Source: Anaerolineae bacterium
Lineage (GTDB): Bacteria; Chloroflexota; Anaerolineae; Epilineales; JAHCIE01
Direction of reading: 5' to 3'
DNA: 64,000 bases
NCBI GenBank assembly: GCA_046328535.1
Contig: JAXLWJ010000017.1
Location: 26,993 to 90,992, forward strand
A program made the translations under genes and the position numbers. How positions within the stretch are numbered: the stretch's first letter is position 1; every line of letters begins with the position of its first letter. Below are positions 34,018 through 43,300 of the stretch, in pieces. The notes beneath the pieces were generated by a model, which ran no database searches, had not been told where the DNA came from, and saw only the letters and a list, made by a program, of their open reading frames with translations.

Positions 34018-35907
34018 ATGCACAAGTCTGGTATGTACCGACTTGGCGCGCTCATCGTCGCGGCGATGCTTGTTATCGTCGTGGCGGCGTGCGCCCAGGC
34101 GCCGGCCGCGCCCGCCCCGGCGGCCCAGCCGGCCGCGCCGACGGCTGCCGCGCCCGCGAAGGCGGCGGAGGCCCCCACCGCTGCCCCCAAGGCCGCCGCT
34201 CCCACGGCCGCCGCTGCTGCCCCAACGGCGGTGGCCGCCGCGAAGGCCGCTGCCCCGACGGCCGCCGCTGCCGCCGCTGGCGGGCGTGGCAAGGGCGACC
34301 AACTCAAGGTTCTGTATTGGCAGGCGCCCACCATTTTGAACACCTACCTGTCCCAGGGGACCAAGGACCAGCACGCCGCCAGCATCGTCACCGAGCCGCT
34401 GGCGTGGTTCGGCCCCGACGGCAAGGCCGTGCCGGCCCTGGCCGCTGAGATTCCGACGCGCGAGAACGGCGGCCTCTCGGCCGACGGCAAGACCGTGACG
34501 TGGAAGCTCAAGCCGGGCGTGAAGTGGTCGGACGGCAGCGATTTCACCGCCGACGACGTGGTCTTCACGTACCAGTACAACGCCGACGAGAAGACGGCTT
34601 CGACGCAGGCGTCGCAGACGAAGGGCATTGACAAGGTCGAGGCGGTGGACAAGAACACCGTCAAGATCACGTTCAAGGAGTCCAACCCGAACCCGTTCCA
34701 GATCTTCGTCGGCAACCTCTCGCCCATCATCCAGAAGAAGCAGTTCCAGGACTACATGGGGGAGAAGGCGAAGGACGCGCCCGGCAACCTCAAGCCCATC
34801 GGCACCGGCCCGTACAAGGTTGACGACTTCAAGCCCGGCGACGTCGTGACCTACTCCATCAACGAGAACTACCGCGACGCCAGCAAGCCGTTCTTCAAGA
34901 CGGTGCAGCTCAAGGGCGGCGGCGACGCCACGAGCGCGGCGCGCGCCGCGTTCCAGACTGGCGAAGTGGACTACGCCTGGAACCTCCAGGTGCCGTGGGC
35001 GGCCCTCGGCCCTCTCGTCACGGCGTCCGGCGCGAAGGCCGACCTCGTGACGGCGACGAGCGCCAACGTCGAGCGCATCCTCATCAACTTCGCCGACCCG
35101 AACAAGGAAGTGGACGGCGCGAAGTCCGAGCCGAGTACCAAGCACCCGGCGCTGAGCGACCCCAAGGTGCGCCAGGCGCTCAAGCTCGCCATTGACAACA
35201 CCCAGATCGCCAACCAGCTCTACGGCAAGGCCGGCGTCGGGACGTGCAATCTTGTCGTCGGCGTGCCGGACTATGAGTCAAAGAATACCGCCTGCAAGCA
35301 GGACATTGACAAGGCGAACGCGCTCCTCGACGAGGCGGGCTGGAAGAAGGGCGCCGACGGCATCCGCGAGAAGGACGGCCAGAAGCTGAAGCTGGTGTAC
35401 CAGACGACGGTGAACCCGGTGCGCCAGGCGACCCAGGACCTGGTCAAGGCGCAGTGGGCGAAGATCGGCGTGGATACCGAGCTGAAGTCGGTGAACGCCG
35501 GCGTGTTCTTCTCCAGCGACGCTGGCAACCCGGACACGGCGTCGAAGTTCTATACCGACGTCGAGATGTACACCAACGCCCCCGACCAGCCCGACCCGAC
35601 GAACTACCTCGACGGCTTCACGACCAAGGAGATCGCGCAGAAGTCGAACGAGTGGCGCGGCTCCAACCCCACCCGCTACTCGAACCCTGAGTATGACAAG
35701 CTCGTCGAGCAGCTCCGCGTCGAGCTGGACCCGAAGAAGCGCGCCGACCTGATCATCAAGGCCAACGACATCCTGATCAACGATGTCGTCTCGATCCCGC
35801 TGGTCGCCCGCAACTTCCCCCTGGCCGGCAAGGCCAAGGACATCAAGGGCTACATCGCCAACTCCTGGGACTCCGAGCTGTGGAATATCCAGGACTGGTC
35901 GCGGTAG
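34018..35907 (+). CDS. ABC transporter substrate-binding lipoprotein, family 5, copy 2 (tandem paralog)
   Basis: ORF 33976..35907. ATG 34018 after AGGAGG. Lipobox VVAAC. Colinear and highly similar to 31425..33332. Confidence 0.85.
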   Translation: MHKSGMYRLGALIVAAMLVIVVAACAQAPAAPAPAAQPAAPTAAAPAKAAEAPTAAPKAAAPTAAAAAPTAVAAAKAAAPTAAAAAAGGRGKGDQLKVLYWQAPTILNTYLSQGTKDQHAASIVTEPLAWFGPDGKAVPALAAEIPTRENGGLSADGKTVTWKLKPGVKWSDGSDFTADDVVFTYQYNADEKTASTQASQTKGIDKVEAVDKNTVKITFKESNPNPFQIFVGNLSPIIQKKQFQDYMGEKAKDAPGNLKPIGTGPYKVDDFKPGDVVTYSINENYRDASKPFFKTVQLKGGGDATSAARAAFQTGEVDYAWNLQVPWAALGPLVTASGAKADLVTATSANVERILINFADPNKEVDGAKSEPSTKHPALSDPKVRQALKLAIDNTQIANQLYGKAGVGTCNLVVGVPDYESKNTACKQDIDKANALLDEAGWKKGADGIREKDGQKLKLVYQTTVNPVRQATQDLVKAQWAKIGVDTELKSVNAGVFFSSDAGNPDTASKFYTDVEMYTNAPDQPDPTNYLDGFTTKEIAQKSNEWRGSNPTRYSNPEYDKLVEQLRVELDPKKRADLIIKANDILINDVVSIPLVARNFPLAGKAKDIKGYIANSWDSELWNIQDWSR

Positions 35908-35946
35908 GCTAACGAGGAATTCGGCCAACGGATAGTGAACGGGTAA

Positions 35947-35981
35947 ACGGATGGGCTTATCTCCATCCGTTTATCCGTTTT
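35947..35981 (+). terminator. rho-independent terminator
   Basis: ACGGATGG / CCATCCGT stem, followed by TTATCCGTTTT. Confidence 0.65.
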
Positions 35982-36002
35982 GCATTCGGTGACAGGGACT
36001 GA

Positions 36003-36100
36003 CCCGACCCTCACCCCCGACCCCTCTCCCAAAGCGGGCGAGGGGGGTCTCGGCCCCCTTCTCCCATTTTGGGAGAAGGGGGTGGGGGGGATGAGGGGCA
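36003..36100. repeat. family C hairpin repeats
   Basis: CCCTCACCCCCGACCCCTCTCCCAAAGCGGGCGAGGGGGG ... CCCCTTCTCCCATTTTGGGAGAAGGGGGTGGGGGGGATGAGGGG. Confidence 0.8.
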
Positions 36101-36110
36101 AAAAGTCCCT

Positions 36111-36139
36111 TTGACAATCTAGACGACTTCGACTAGAAT
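36111..36139 (+). promoter_or_regulatory. near-consensus sigma-70 promoter for the permease genes
   Basis: TTGACA (36111-36116), 17-nt spacer, TAGAAT (36134-36139). It leaves a ~150-nt leader before ATG 36295. Confidence 0.7.
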
Positions 36140-36294
36140 CCTGCGTCACACGCCGCGCAAATTGATCGGCGGCGACGTGTCCGGCCAGGCCGCCGGTCGA
36201 GATCATGCAGCTCACCATGTCTCCCCGGCCCACAGGCAACGGGTCGTCGGAGCGCCACCGCCTCCCCGGGTCACAACGGGCGGAAAGAGGGGGT

Positions 36295-37254
36295 ATGTCA
36301 CGTTACCTCGTGCGGCGTCTTCTCATCGCGATACCGACCCTCATCGCGATGAGCTTCATTCTCTTCATGATCCTGGCCCTGGCGCCAGGGGACCCCATGT
36401 CCCAGTTCGCGGCCAACCCGGCCGTCCCGCCGGAAGTGCGCGAGAACATCAAACGGTCGCTTGGGCTGGATCAGCCGGCCTATATCCGCTACGTCAAGTG
36501 GGTGACGGCGGCGGCGCAGGGCGACTTGGGCTACTCGTTCGCCAGCCGCGTGCCGGTGGTGAAGCTGATCTGGCAGCGCCTGCCGACAACACTGTGGATC
36601 GTCGGCACGGCGTACCTGGTGGCCGTCGTCTTCGCGATACCCATAGGCGTGATATCGGCGGTGCGAAAATACTCGGTATTCGATCAGACCTCGACCACCT
36701 TCTCCTTCATCGGCTTCTCCATGCCGACCTTCTTCACAGGCACCCTCTTCATCATCATATTCAGCGTCAAGCTGGGCTGGCTGCCCTTCATATACGACTC
36801 AACCTTACAGGTGACGAGCTTCCAGACGCTCGTCGAGATGATCAAGCAGAGCATCATGCCCATCGCTGTGCTGGCGTTGTTCCAGATGGCGACGCTGACG
36901 CGCTTTACTCGCTCGTCCATGCTCGACAACCTGCCGCAGGACTACGTCCGCACGGCGCGGGCGAAGGGCCTCCAGGAGCAGGTCGTCATCCGCGGTCACG
37001 TCCTGCGCAATAGCCTCATCCCCGTTGTGACGCTGATCGCTCTCAGCCTCCCCGCCATCTTCACAGGCGCGATCGTCACCGAGCAGATCTTTCGGGTACC
37101 CGGCATCGGCGACCTGCTCATCAACTCCATCTTCAACAGCGACACGCCCGTCGTGATGGCGATTGTGTTCATCTCGGCCGTCCTGGTTGTGTTCTTCAAT
37201 CTCGTCGTTGACGTCATCTATGCCTTCCTGGATCCGAGGATCAAGTATGACTGA
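36295..37254 (+). CDS. ABC transporter permease (DppB/OppB-like)
   Basis: ORF 36205..37254. ATG 36295. MSRYLVRRLLIAIPTLIAMSFILFMI... Confidence 0.85.
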   Translation: MSRYLVRRLLIAIPTLIAMSFILFMILALAPGDPMSQFAANPAVPPEVRENIKRSLGLDQPAYIRYVKWVTAAAQGDLGYSFASRVPVVKLIWQRLPTTLWIVGTAYLVAVVFAIPIGVISAVRKYSVFDQTSTTFSFIGFSMPTFFTGTLFIIIFSVKLGWLPFIYDSTLQVTSFQTLVEMIKQSIMPIAVLALFQMATLTRFTRSSMLDNLPQDYVRTARAKGLQEQVVIRGHVLRNSLIPVVTLIALSLPAIFTGAIVTEQIFRVPGIGDLLINSIFNSDTPVVMAIVFISAVLVVFFNLVVDVIYAFLDPRIKYD

Positions 37255-38209
37255 CGCCGTTCGCCTGCCCAAGGCCCCTCAAACCGCGCCTCCCAAGTCG
37301 AAAATCACGCCCGCCGAAATGCGCAAGCCACGGTCGCTCTGGTCGGACGCGTTTACCGCGTACCGCCGGCACCGCATGGCGATGATCGGTACCATCGTCC
37401 TGCTGTTTCTGATTATCGCCGTGGCGGTCGGCCCGATCCTCCTGCCCATGGACCCGTCTTCGGTGGGCGACTTCGCCAACGCTTTCCAGCCGCCGTCCAT
37501 CTCCCATCCCATGGGAACGGACCCCCTGGGCCGCGACCTGTTGGCCATGGTTCTTTACGGTGGCCGGGTGTCCATCGCCGTCGGCGTCGCGGCGATGTTC
37601 GTCGCCGTCATCATCGGGACGTCGGTCGGCTCGTTCTCCGGCTACTTTGGCGGGCGGACGGACAACGGCCTCGTGTGGGTCACCGACCTGTTCCTGGCGC
37701 TGCCCACGCTGCCCGTCCTGCTGCTCGTCATCTACCTGTTCCGCGACTCGCTGCGCAAAGCGTTCGGCATCAACATGGGCATCTTCATTCTGACGGTGTT
37801 CGTCATCGGCGCGTTGAGCTGGATGCCCATCTCTCGCCTCGTGCGCGCGTCCTTCCTGTCGCTCAAGCAGAAGGAGTTCGTGGAGGCGGCCCACTCGGTC
37901 GGCTCCCAGACGCCGCACATCATGTTCCGCCACATCCTGCCCAACAGCATGAGCCCGATCATCGTCGCGGCGACCCTCAGCGTCGGCGCGGCCATCATCC
38001 TCGAGTCGACGCTTTCGTTCCTCGGCGTGGGCTTCCCGCCCGACATGCCGACCTGGGGGCGGCTGCTGTACGACTCGCGCGACTACATCGAGCAGTTCCC
38101 CTGGCTGGCAATCTTCCCCGGCCTGCTCATCTCCATCACGGTGCTGAGCATCAACTTCATGGGTGACGGCCTGCGCGACGCTCTCGACCCGCGCCGCACG
38201 CAGGGGTAG
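37247..38209 (+). CDS. ABC transporter permease (DppC/OppC-like)
   Basis: ORF 37163..38209. ATG 37247 overlaps the upstream stop by 8 nt. ...HPMGTDPLGRDLLAMVLYGGRVS... Confidence 0.85.
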   Translation: MTDAVRLPKAPQTAPPKSKITPAEMRKPRSLWSDAFTAYRRHRMAMIGTIVLLFLIIAVAVGPILLPMDPSSVGDFANAFQPPSISHPMGTDPLGRDLLAMVLYGGRVSIAVGVAAMFVAVIIGTSVGSFSGYFGGRTDNGLVWVTDLFLALPTLPVLLLVIYLFRDSLRKAFGINMGIFILTVFVIGALSWMPISRLVRASFLSLKQKEFVEAAHSVGSQTPHIMFRHILPNSMSPIIVAATLSVGAAIILESTLSFLGVGFPPDMPTWGRLLYDSRDYIEQFPWLAIFPGLLISITVLSINFMGDGLRDALDPRRTQG

Positions 38210-38301
38210 CCGCCGCGGCTCCGTCCGACGATATCCGGAATCACGCTCACCAGCCGCCGTGGCTCTCAAGCTGTGGCGGCTGGCGCTCTATCGAGGCAGA
38301 C

Positions 38302-38772
38302 ATGATCCTTATTGTCATTCTGCGTAGCTTCTTCCGTATCTACGCGGACCTCTTTCGTCTCCCCGAGTTTCGCGGACTCCTCGTCGTCGCATCTCTATAC
38401 ATCGTTGTGGGCGGGGCGATCTTTCGGGCGATTGAGAAGTGGGAGTGGATTGACGCATTCTACTTCGGCGTCGTATCCCTGACCACCGTTGGCTACGGCG
38501 ACGTGACCCCGAAGACAGATCCCGGCAAGCTGTTTGCCATGCTCTATCTTCTTGCCGGCGTCGGCCTGTTGTCGGGGCTGATCGCCATCGTCGGCGATGG
38601 GACGCGGCGGACCATGGCGGCCGAGCACGAGCGGCGGATGAAAGCACAGGAGGCCCTGCGACACCGCGCTCACGAGAAGGTGGGCCATCACCCGAAGTCC
38701 GGCGCCGAGGGGGCCGGGGCGCCGGCCCACCCAGCCGAACCGCCGTCTGCCTCGCCCCCTGCTCAGGAATAA
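38302..38772 (+). CDS. two-TM potassium channel (KcsA-like pore, TTVGYGD filter)
   Basis: 156-aa ORF. WIDAFYFGVVSLTTVGYGDVTP. Confidence 0.85.
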   Translation: MILIVILRSFFRIYADLFRLPEFRGLLVVASLYIVVGGAIFRAIEKWEWIDAFYFGVVSLTTVGYGDVTPKTDPGKLFAMLYLLAGVGLLSGLIAIVGDGTRRTMAAEHERRMKAQEALRHRAHEKVGHHPKSGAEGAGAPAHPAEPPSASPPAQE

Positions 38773-38799
38773 CCACGCTACGTCGTCTCGCATCCCTCC

Positions 38800-38912
38800 G
38801 TTCCTCCTCCATCCCCCGTCCCTCCTCCATCCCCCCGTCTCGCTTCCTCCCCCCACAAGTGGCGGAGGAAGGGGGAGCCGAGCACCGCGAGGCGGGGGTT
38901 GGTGGGGGAACG
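38800..38912. repeat. family C2 element
   Basis: CCTCCTCCATCCCCC twice, then CGCTTCCTCCCCCCACAAGTGGCGGAGGAAGGGGGAGCCGAGCACCGCGAGGCGGGGGTTGGTGGGGG. Same order and orientation as 23275-23445. Confidence 0.85.
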
Positions 38913-39091
38913 CCCGGACTTTGACGCTGCCCTAACAGGACCCATCCGGGGGTTGCGAAAAGCCACCGCCTGTTGTATGATAGGGTTGACGTGTGCGGAC
39001 GCCTGCCCAGTCCGCACCGGAGCATGGTTGCTCAAATCCCAATTCCACACCTTTCACCCTCGCGACACCTTTTCAAGAAGGAGATGCCACT

Positions 39092-40243
39092 GTGAAACGC
39101 ATGATGCTCATGCTGATGCTGCTGGTGCTGACTCTCGTCGCCGCGCAGTGCGGCGGCCAGCCCCAGGCGCCAGCCGCGCCAGCTGCCCAGGCGACGGCCC
39201 CTGCCGCTGCGCCGAAGGCGACGGACGCGCCCAAGGCCGCGCAGCCGACGACGGCCCCGGCCGCCGCCGCGCCAAAGGCGACGGACGCGCCCAAGGCCGC
39301 GCAGCCGACGGCAGCGGCGGCCGCGCCGGCCGCTGGTGACCTTGGCACCGCCGCCAACCCCATCAAGATGGCCTTCGTGCCCTCGTCCGACGCGCAGAAG
39401 CTGGCGACGAGCCTCGACAAGGTCGGCCAGATGCTCGAAAAGGAGACCGGCCTCAAGTTCAAGACCTCGGTGCCGACGAGCTACGCCGCGACGGTCGAGG
39501 CGATGAACGCGGGGCAGATTGACATTGGCTGGCTCAACCCGCTGTCCTACGTCGTCGGGGCCAACCGCTACGGCCTCGATTTGCTTCTCACGACGACCCG
39601 CAACGGCTCGAAGGTCTACCCGTTCTCGATCATCGTCGCCAAGGATTCGCCCATCAAGACGGTGCAGGACCTCAAGGGCAAGAAGATCGCCAGCGCCGAC
39701 CCGCTGTCCACCTCCGGCAACCTCTACCCGCGCGCCTACCTGACGCAGCAGGGTGTCCTCCCTGACAAGGACGTGCAGTTCGTGTACTCCGGCGGCCACG
39801 ACAAGTCGGTCATCGCCCTGACGAACGGCCAGGTGGATGCGGCCGCCGTCTTCGGCGAGTTCAAGGGGACGCCGGACGCGCGCGACCGCGCCAAGGCGTC
39901 GGTGCCCGACGTGTACGACAAAACCCGTGTCCTGCTCAACAGCGCCGACGTGCCGTTCCTGATCCCTAACGATACCGTCAGCGCGCGGAAGGGACTGCCG
40001 GCTGATATTCGCAAGAAGATCAGCGACGGGTTGATCGCCATCTCAAAGACGGAGGATGGCGTGAAGGAGTTGAAGGCGCTGGCCGACATTGACGGCCTGG
40101 TAGTCGGCGAGCCGAAGGACTACCAGCCCATCAACGACGCCGCCAAGGCCGCCAACATTGACATTGGCGTGGTGCTGAACACGCCGACGCCGCGCCCGGC
40201 GACGACCGCCGCGCCGACGGCGGCGGCCACCAAAGCGCCGTAA
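39092..40243 (+). CDS. phnD: phosphonate/phosphite ABC transporter substrate-binding protein
   Basis: ORF 38993..40243. GTG 39092 after AAGGAGA. Ala/Pro linker, then PIKMAFVPSSDAQKL...YAATVEAMNAGQIDIGWLNPLSY. Confidence 0.8.
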   Translation: MKRMMLMLMLLVLTLVAAQCGGQPQAPAAPAAQATAPAAAPKATDAPKAAQPTTAPAAAAPKATDAPKAAQPTAAAAAPAAGDLGTAANPIKMAFVPSSDAQKLATSLDKVGQMLEKETGLKFKTSVPTSYAATVEAMNAGQIDIGWLNPLSYVVGANRYGLDLLLTTTRNGSKVYPFSIIVAKDSPIKTVQDLKGKKIASADPLSTSGNLYPRAYLTQQGVLPDKDVQFVYSGGHDKSVIALTNGQVDAAAVFGEFKGTPDARDRAKASVPDVYDKTRVLLNSADVPFLIPNDTVSARKGLPADIRKKISDGLIAISKTEDGVKELKALADIDGLVVGEPKDYQPINDAAKAANIDIGVVLNTPTPRPATTAAPTAAATKAP

Positions 40244-40254
40244 CAGGCCCCTCA

Positions 40255-40345
40255 TCCCCCTGCCCCTTCCCCCACCCGTGGGGAAGGGGAGCTTCTTTCC
40301 CCCTCTCCCGTCCTGGGAGAGGAGGGGAGGGGGTGAGGGACGGCC
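40255..40345. repeat. family C hairpin repeats
   Basis: CCCCTTCCCCCACCCGTGGGGAAGGGG and CCCCCTCTCCCGTCCTGGGAGAGGAGGGGAGGGGGTGAGGG. Confidence 0.8.
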
Positions 40346-40368
40346 CCGGCCCGTGATGGGAGAGGTGT

Positions 40369-41130
40369 GTGCTAGAAATCCATCACTTAACCAAAGTCTA
40401 CCCTGGCGCGAGCTTCAAGGCCATTGACGATGTGTCTCTGACAATCCACGACGGCGAGTTCGTCGTCCTTATCGGCCTGTCCGGCTCGGGCAAGTCCACG
40501 CTGCTGCGCTGCATCAATCGGCTCATCGAGCCGACGAGCGGCCAGATTCTCCTCGATGGCGTGGACGTGACGGCGGCCGGTCCGAAAGAGTTGCGCCCGA
40601 TTCGCCGCAAAATCGGCATGATCTTTCAGCAATTCAATCTCGTCAAACGCTCGTCGGTGATTACCAATGTTCTCTCCGGGCGGCTCGGCTATCTCCCGCC
40701 CTACTACGCCCTGCTCAACCGCTTCCCCGATGCCGACGTCGAGCGAGCGCTGGCGAACCTGGCCCGCGTCGGCATCGCCGACAAGGCCTATGTGCGCGCC
40801 GCTTCGCTGTCCGGCGGCCAGCAGCAGCGCGTCGCCATCGCCCGCGCCCTGATGCAGAACCCGACGCTCATGCTGGCCGACGAGCCGGTCGCCAGCCTCG
40901 ACCCGGCCACCTCCCACTCCGTGCTGCGCTACCTGGAGCAGCTCAACAAGGAGGAGGGCATCACGGTGATATGCAGCCTGCACTTCCTGTCGCTGGCGCG
41001 GCGCTATGCCTCCCGCGTCATCGCCCTCAAAGCGGGGCAGGTGGTGTTCGACGGCCTGCCGCTGGAGATCACGCCGCAGCGCTTCCACGCCATCTACGGT
41101 GAGGAAGCGATTGAAGTGGAGATTGCGTAG
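40369..41130 (+). CDS. phnC: phosphonate ABC transporter ATP-binding protein
   Basis: 253-aa ORF. Walker [10 protein letters not shown], signature [15 protein letters not shown], Walker B LMLADEP. Confidence 0.85.
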   Translation: MLEIHHLTKVYPGASFKAIDDVSLTIHDGEFVVLIGLSGSGKSTLLRCINRLIEPTSGQILLDGVDVTAAGPKELRPIRRKIGMIFQQFNLVKRSSVITNVLSGRLGYLPPYYALLNRFPDADVERALANLARVGIADKAYVRAASLSGGQQQRVAIARALMQNPTLMLADEPVASLDPATSHSVLRYLEQLNKEEGITVICSLHFLSLARRYASRVIALKAGQVVFDGLPLEITPQRFHAIYGEEAIEVEIA

Positions 41131-42339
41131 ATGGCACAGCAAACCCAGCCGCTGCCCTCCGGCCAGACCGCGACGCCGCCTGTCGTTCGCCCGCGCTCGA
41201 TCTGGATGTCGTGGCGCTTCTGGGTCATCCTGATTGGCGCCATCGCCATCTACGCCTACGGAACGCGCCTCATCGGCGTCAATATGGTGGACCTCGTCAA
41301 GAATGCGCCCAACGCGCAGCATATCGTGACCCAGCTGGTGCAGCCCAACGTCTTCACCACGGAGAAGGAGACGGTCGAGGACAGTATCTCGGTCGTCATT
41401 CCGGGCGAGTCGGTCGCGCCGACGGTTCCGACGCGCTCTCCGAAGCCCGGCCCGCAGCTGAACCTATCTACGCGCATCGTCAAGCAGGGCGAGCCGGTCG
41501 AGATCAGCGGCACGGGCTGGCCGCCGAACGCGCAAGGCACGATTGTCTGGGATACCGGCCCCAACAAGACGCCGATTGGCGAGGCGCAGACCGACGCCCA
41601 GGGCGGTTTCACCGTGACCGTAGCTGTGCCGACAGCGGAAGGGCAGGGCGTGCGGTTCATTGACGTCACGTTCGAGGCGGCCAAGCCGGGCTTCTTTGGC
41701 CTGCCAGCGCTCACCCTGACCGACCAGGCCCACCTGGTACTGGTCGCCATGTGGGACACGATCCTCATGGCGCTCATCGGCACCATCTGGACCGTCATCA
41801 TTGCCGCGCCGCTGAGCTTTCTTGCCGCGCGCAACGTCATGAGCGGGTCGAAGTTCACCGAAGCGATCTACTGGATCGTGCGCACGATCTTCAACATCCT
41901 GCGCTCTATCGAGGTGCTCATTGTCGCCGTCATCGCGGCGGTGATCGTCGGCATCGGCTCCTACGCCGGCGTCCTCGCCATCACGATCCACGGCGTTGGC
42001 GCGCTCGGCAAGCTCTATTCAGAGGCCATCGAGAGCATTGACGAAGGCCCCATCGAGGCGCTGCGCGCGACCGGCGCGAACCGCTTCCAGACGACCCTCT
42101 ATGCCATGCTGCCCCAGGTGATTCCCGCGTTCATCTCGTTCACGTTCTACCGCTGGGACATCAACGTGCGCATGGCGACCGTCGTCGGCCTCGTGGGCGG
42201 CGGCGGTATCGGCTTCCTGCTCATCCAATACATGAACCTGCTCTTGTGGCGCGACGCCGCCGTCGCCATCTGGGCCATTGTCGTGGTCGTCATGACGATG
42301 GACTGGCTGAGCGGCTGGGTACGGCGCAAGGTGATGTAG
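41131..42339 (+). CDS. phnE: phosphonate ABC transporter permease with an enlarged N-terminal extracytoplasmic segment
   Basis: 402-aa ORF. One TM (WRFWVILIGAIAIYAY), then ~150 aa of non-membrane sequence, then a PhnE-type core (...EAIESIDEGPIEALRATGANRFQT...). Confidence 0.8.
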   Translation: MAQQTQPLPSGQTATPPVVRPRSIWMSWRFWVILIGAIAIYAYGTRLIGVNMVDLVKNAPNAQHIVTQLVQPNVFTTEKETVEDSISVVIPGESVAPTVPTRSPKPGPQLNLSTRIVKQGEPVEISGTGWPPNAQGTIVWDTGPNKTPIGEAQTDAQGGFTVTVAVPTAEGQGVRFIDVTFEAAKPGFFGLPALTLTDQAHLVLVAMWDTILMALIGTIWTVIIAAPLSFLAARNVMSGSKFTEAIYWIVRTIFNILRSIEVLIVAVIAAVIVGIGSYAGVLAITIHGVGALGKLYSEAIESIDEGPIEALRATGANRFQTTLYAMLPQVIPAFISFTFYRWDINVRMATVVGLVGGGGIGFLLIQYMNLLLWRDAAVAIWAIVVVVMTMDWLSGWVRRKVM

Positions 42340-42364
42340 CGTTCCCTTGCGCGAGGAGACGGCT

Positions 42365-43300
42365 ATGGAACCGACACCGCGTGTGGTGGTTATCGGCGCG
42401 GCGAGCGTGGACGTCAAGGGGCGGGCGCTGGAGGCGCTCGCGCCGCTGACGTCGAACCCGGGCCGGGTCCAACTCAGCATTGGCGGGGCGGCGCGCAACA
42501 TCGCCGAGAACCTGGCCCGCCTGGGCATTGACACGATTCTGCTCTCGGTGGTCGGCGACGATGCCTTCGGCCAGACCATTCTGGCTCACACTGCCGAGGC
42601 GGGCGTGAACGTCGAGCATGTCATTGTTTCGCCCGACCACCCGTCCGGCGCGTACATTGCCCTGCTGGACGAGGAAGGGCGGCTCATCGTCGCCCTCGAC
42701 GAGATGAGCGCGATGGAGGAGTTGACGCCCGACTGCATCGAGGCGCACAAGGGGCTGCTCTACGGCGCCGACATGGTCATCTTCGACGGCAATCTGCCCA
42801 TCGAGACGATGGCCGCGCTGACCGAGTTCGCCCACCTCGAAGGCATCCCCGTCTGTGTTGACCCCACGTCGGCGACCCTCGCGCCCGGCATCATCCCGTT
42901 CCTGGACCGCATAGACCTGTTCATGCCGAACCTGACCGAGGCGCAGGTCTTCTGCGATTGCGAGGCGCGCGGCGGGCGCGAGTCCATCGCCACGGCGCGG
43001 CGGCTGGTGCAGCTGGGCGTGGACACGGCGGTGATCGCCCTCGGCGCGGACGGCGTGGCGTGGGCGTCATCCGACGAGAGCGGCTGGATTCCGGCGTTCC
43101 CTCTTGACGAGGTGGTGGACACGGTCGGGGCGGGGGCGGCGCTGACGGCGGGGGTCGTGTTCGGCCTGCTGAACGACGTGCCGCTGGACGAGGCGGTGCG
43201 GCTCGGCGCGTCCGCCGCCGCCCTGACCCTTCAATCCCAGGAGACCGTCCGCTCCGACCTCAGCCTCGACCTGCTGTACGAGCAAATCATGGTGTTCTAG
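42365..43300 (+). CDS. PfkB-family carbohydrate/nucleoside kinase (pseudouridine-kinase-like)
   Basis: ORF 42347..43300. ATG 42365. VVVIGAASVDVKG...GGAARNIAENLARLG...DTVGAGAALTAG. Confidence 0.8.
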   Translation: MEPTPRVVVIGAASVDVKGRALEALAPLTSNPGRVQLSIGGAARNIAENLARLGIDTILLSVVGDDAFGQTILAHTAEAGVNVEHVIVSPDHPSGAYIALLDEEGRLIVALDEMSAMEELTPDCIEAHKGLLYGADMVIFDGNLPIETMAALTEFAHLEGIPVCVDPTSATLAPGIIPFLDRIDLFMPNLTEAQVFCDCEARGGRESIATARRLVQLGVDTAVIALGADGVAWASSDESGWIPAFPLDEVVDTVGAGAALTAGVVFGLLNDVPLDEAVRLGASAAALTLQSQETVRSDLSLDLLYEQIMVF

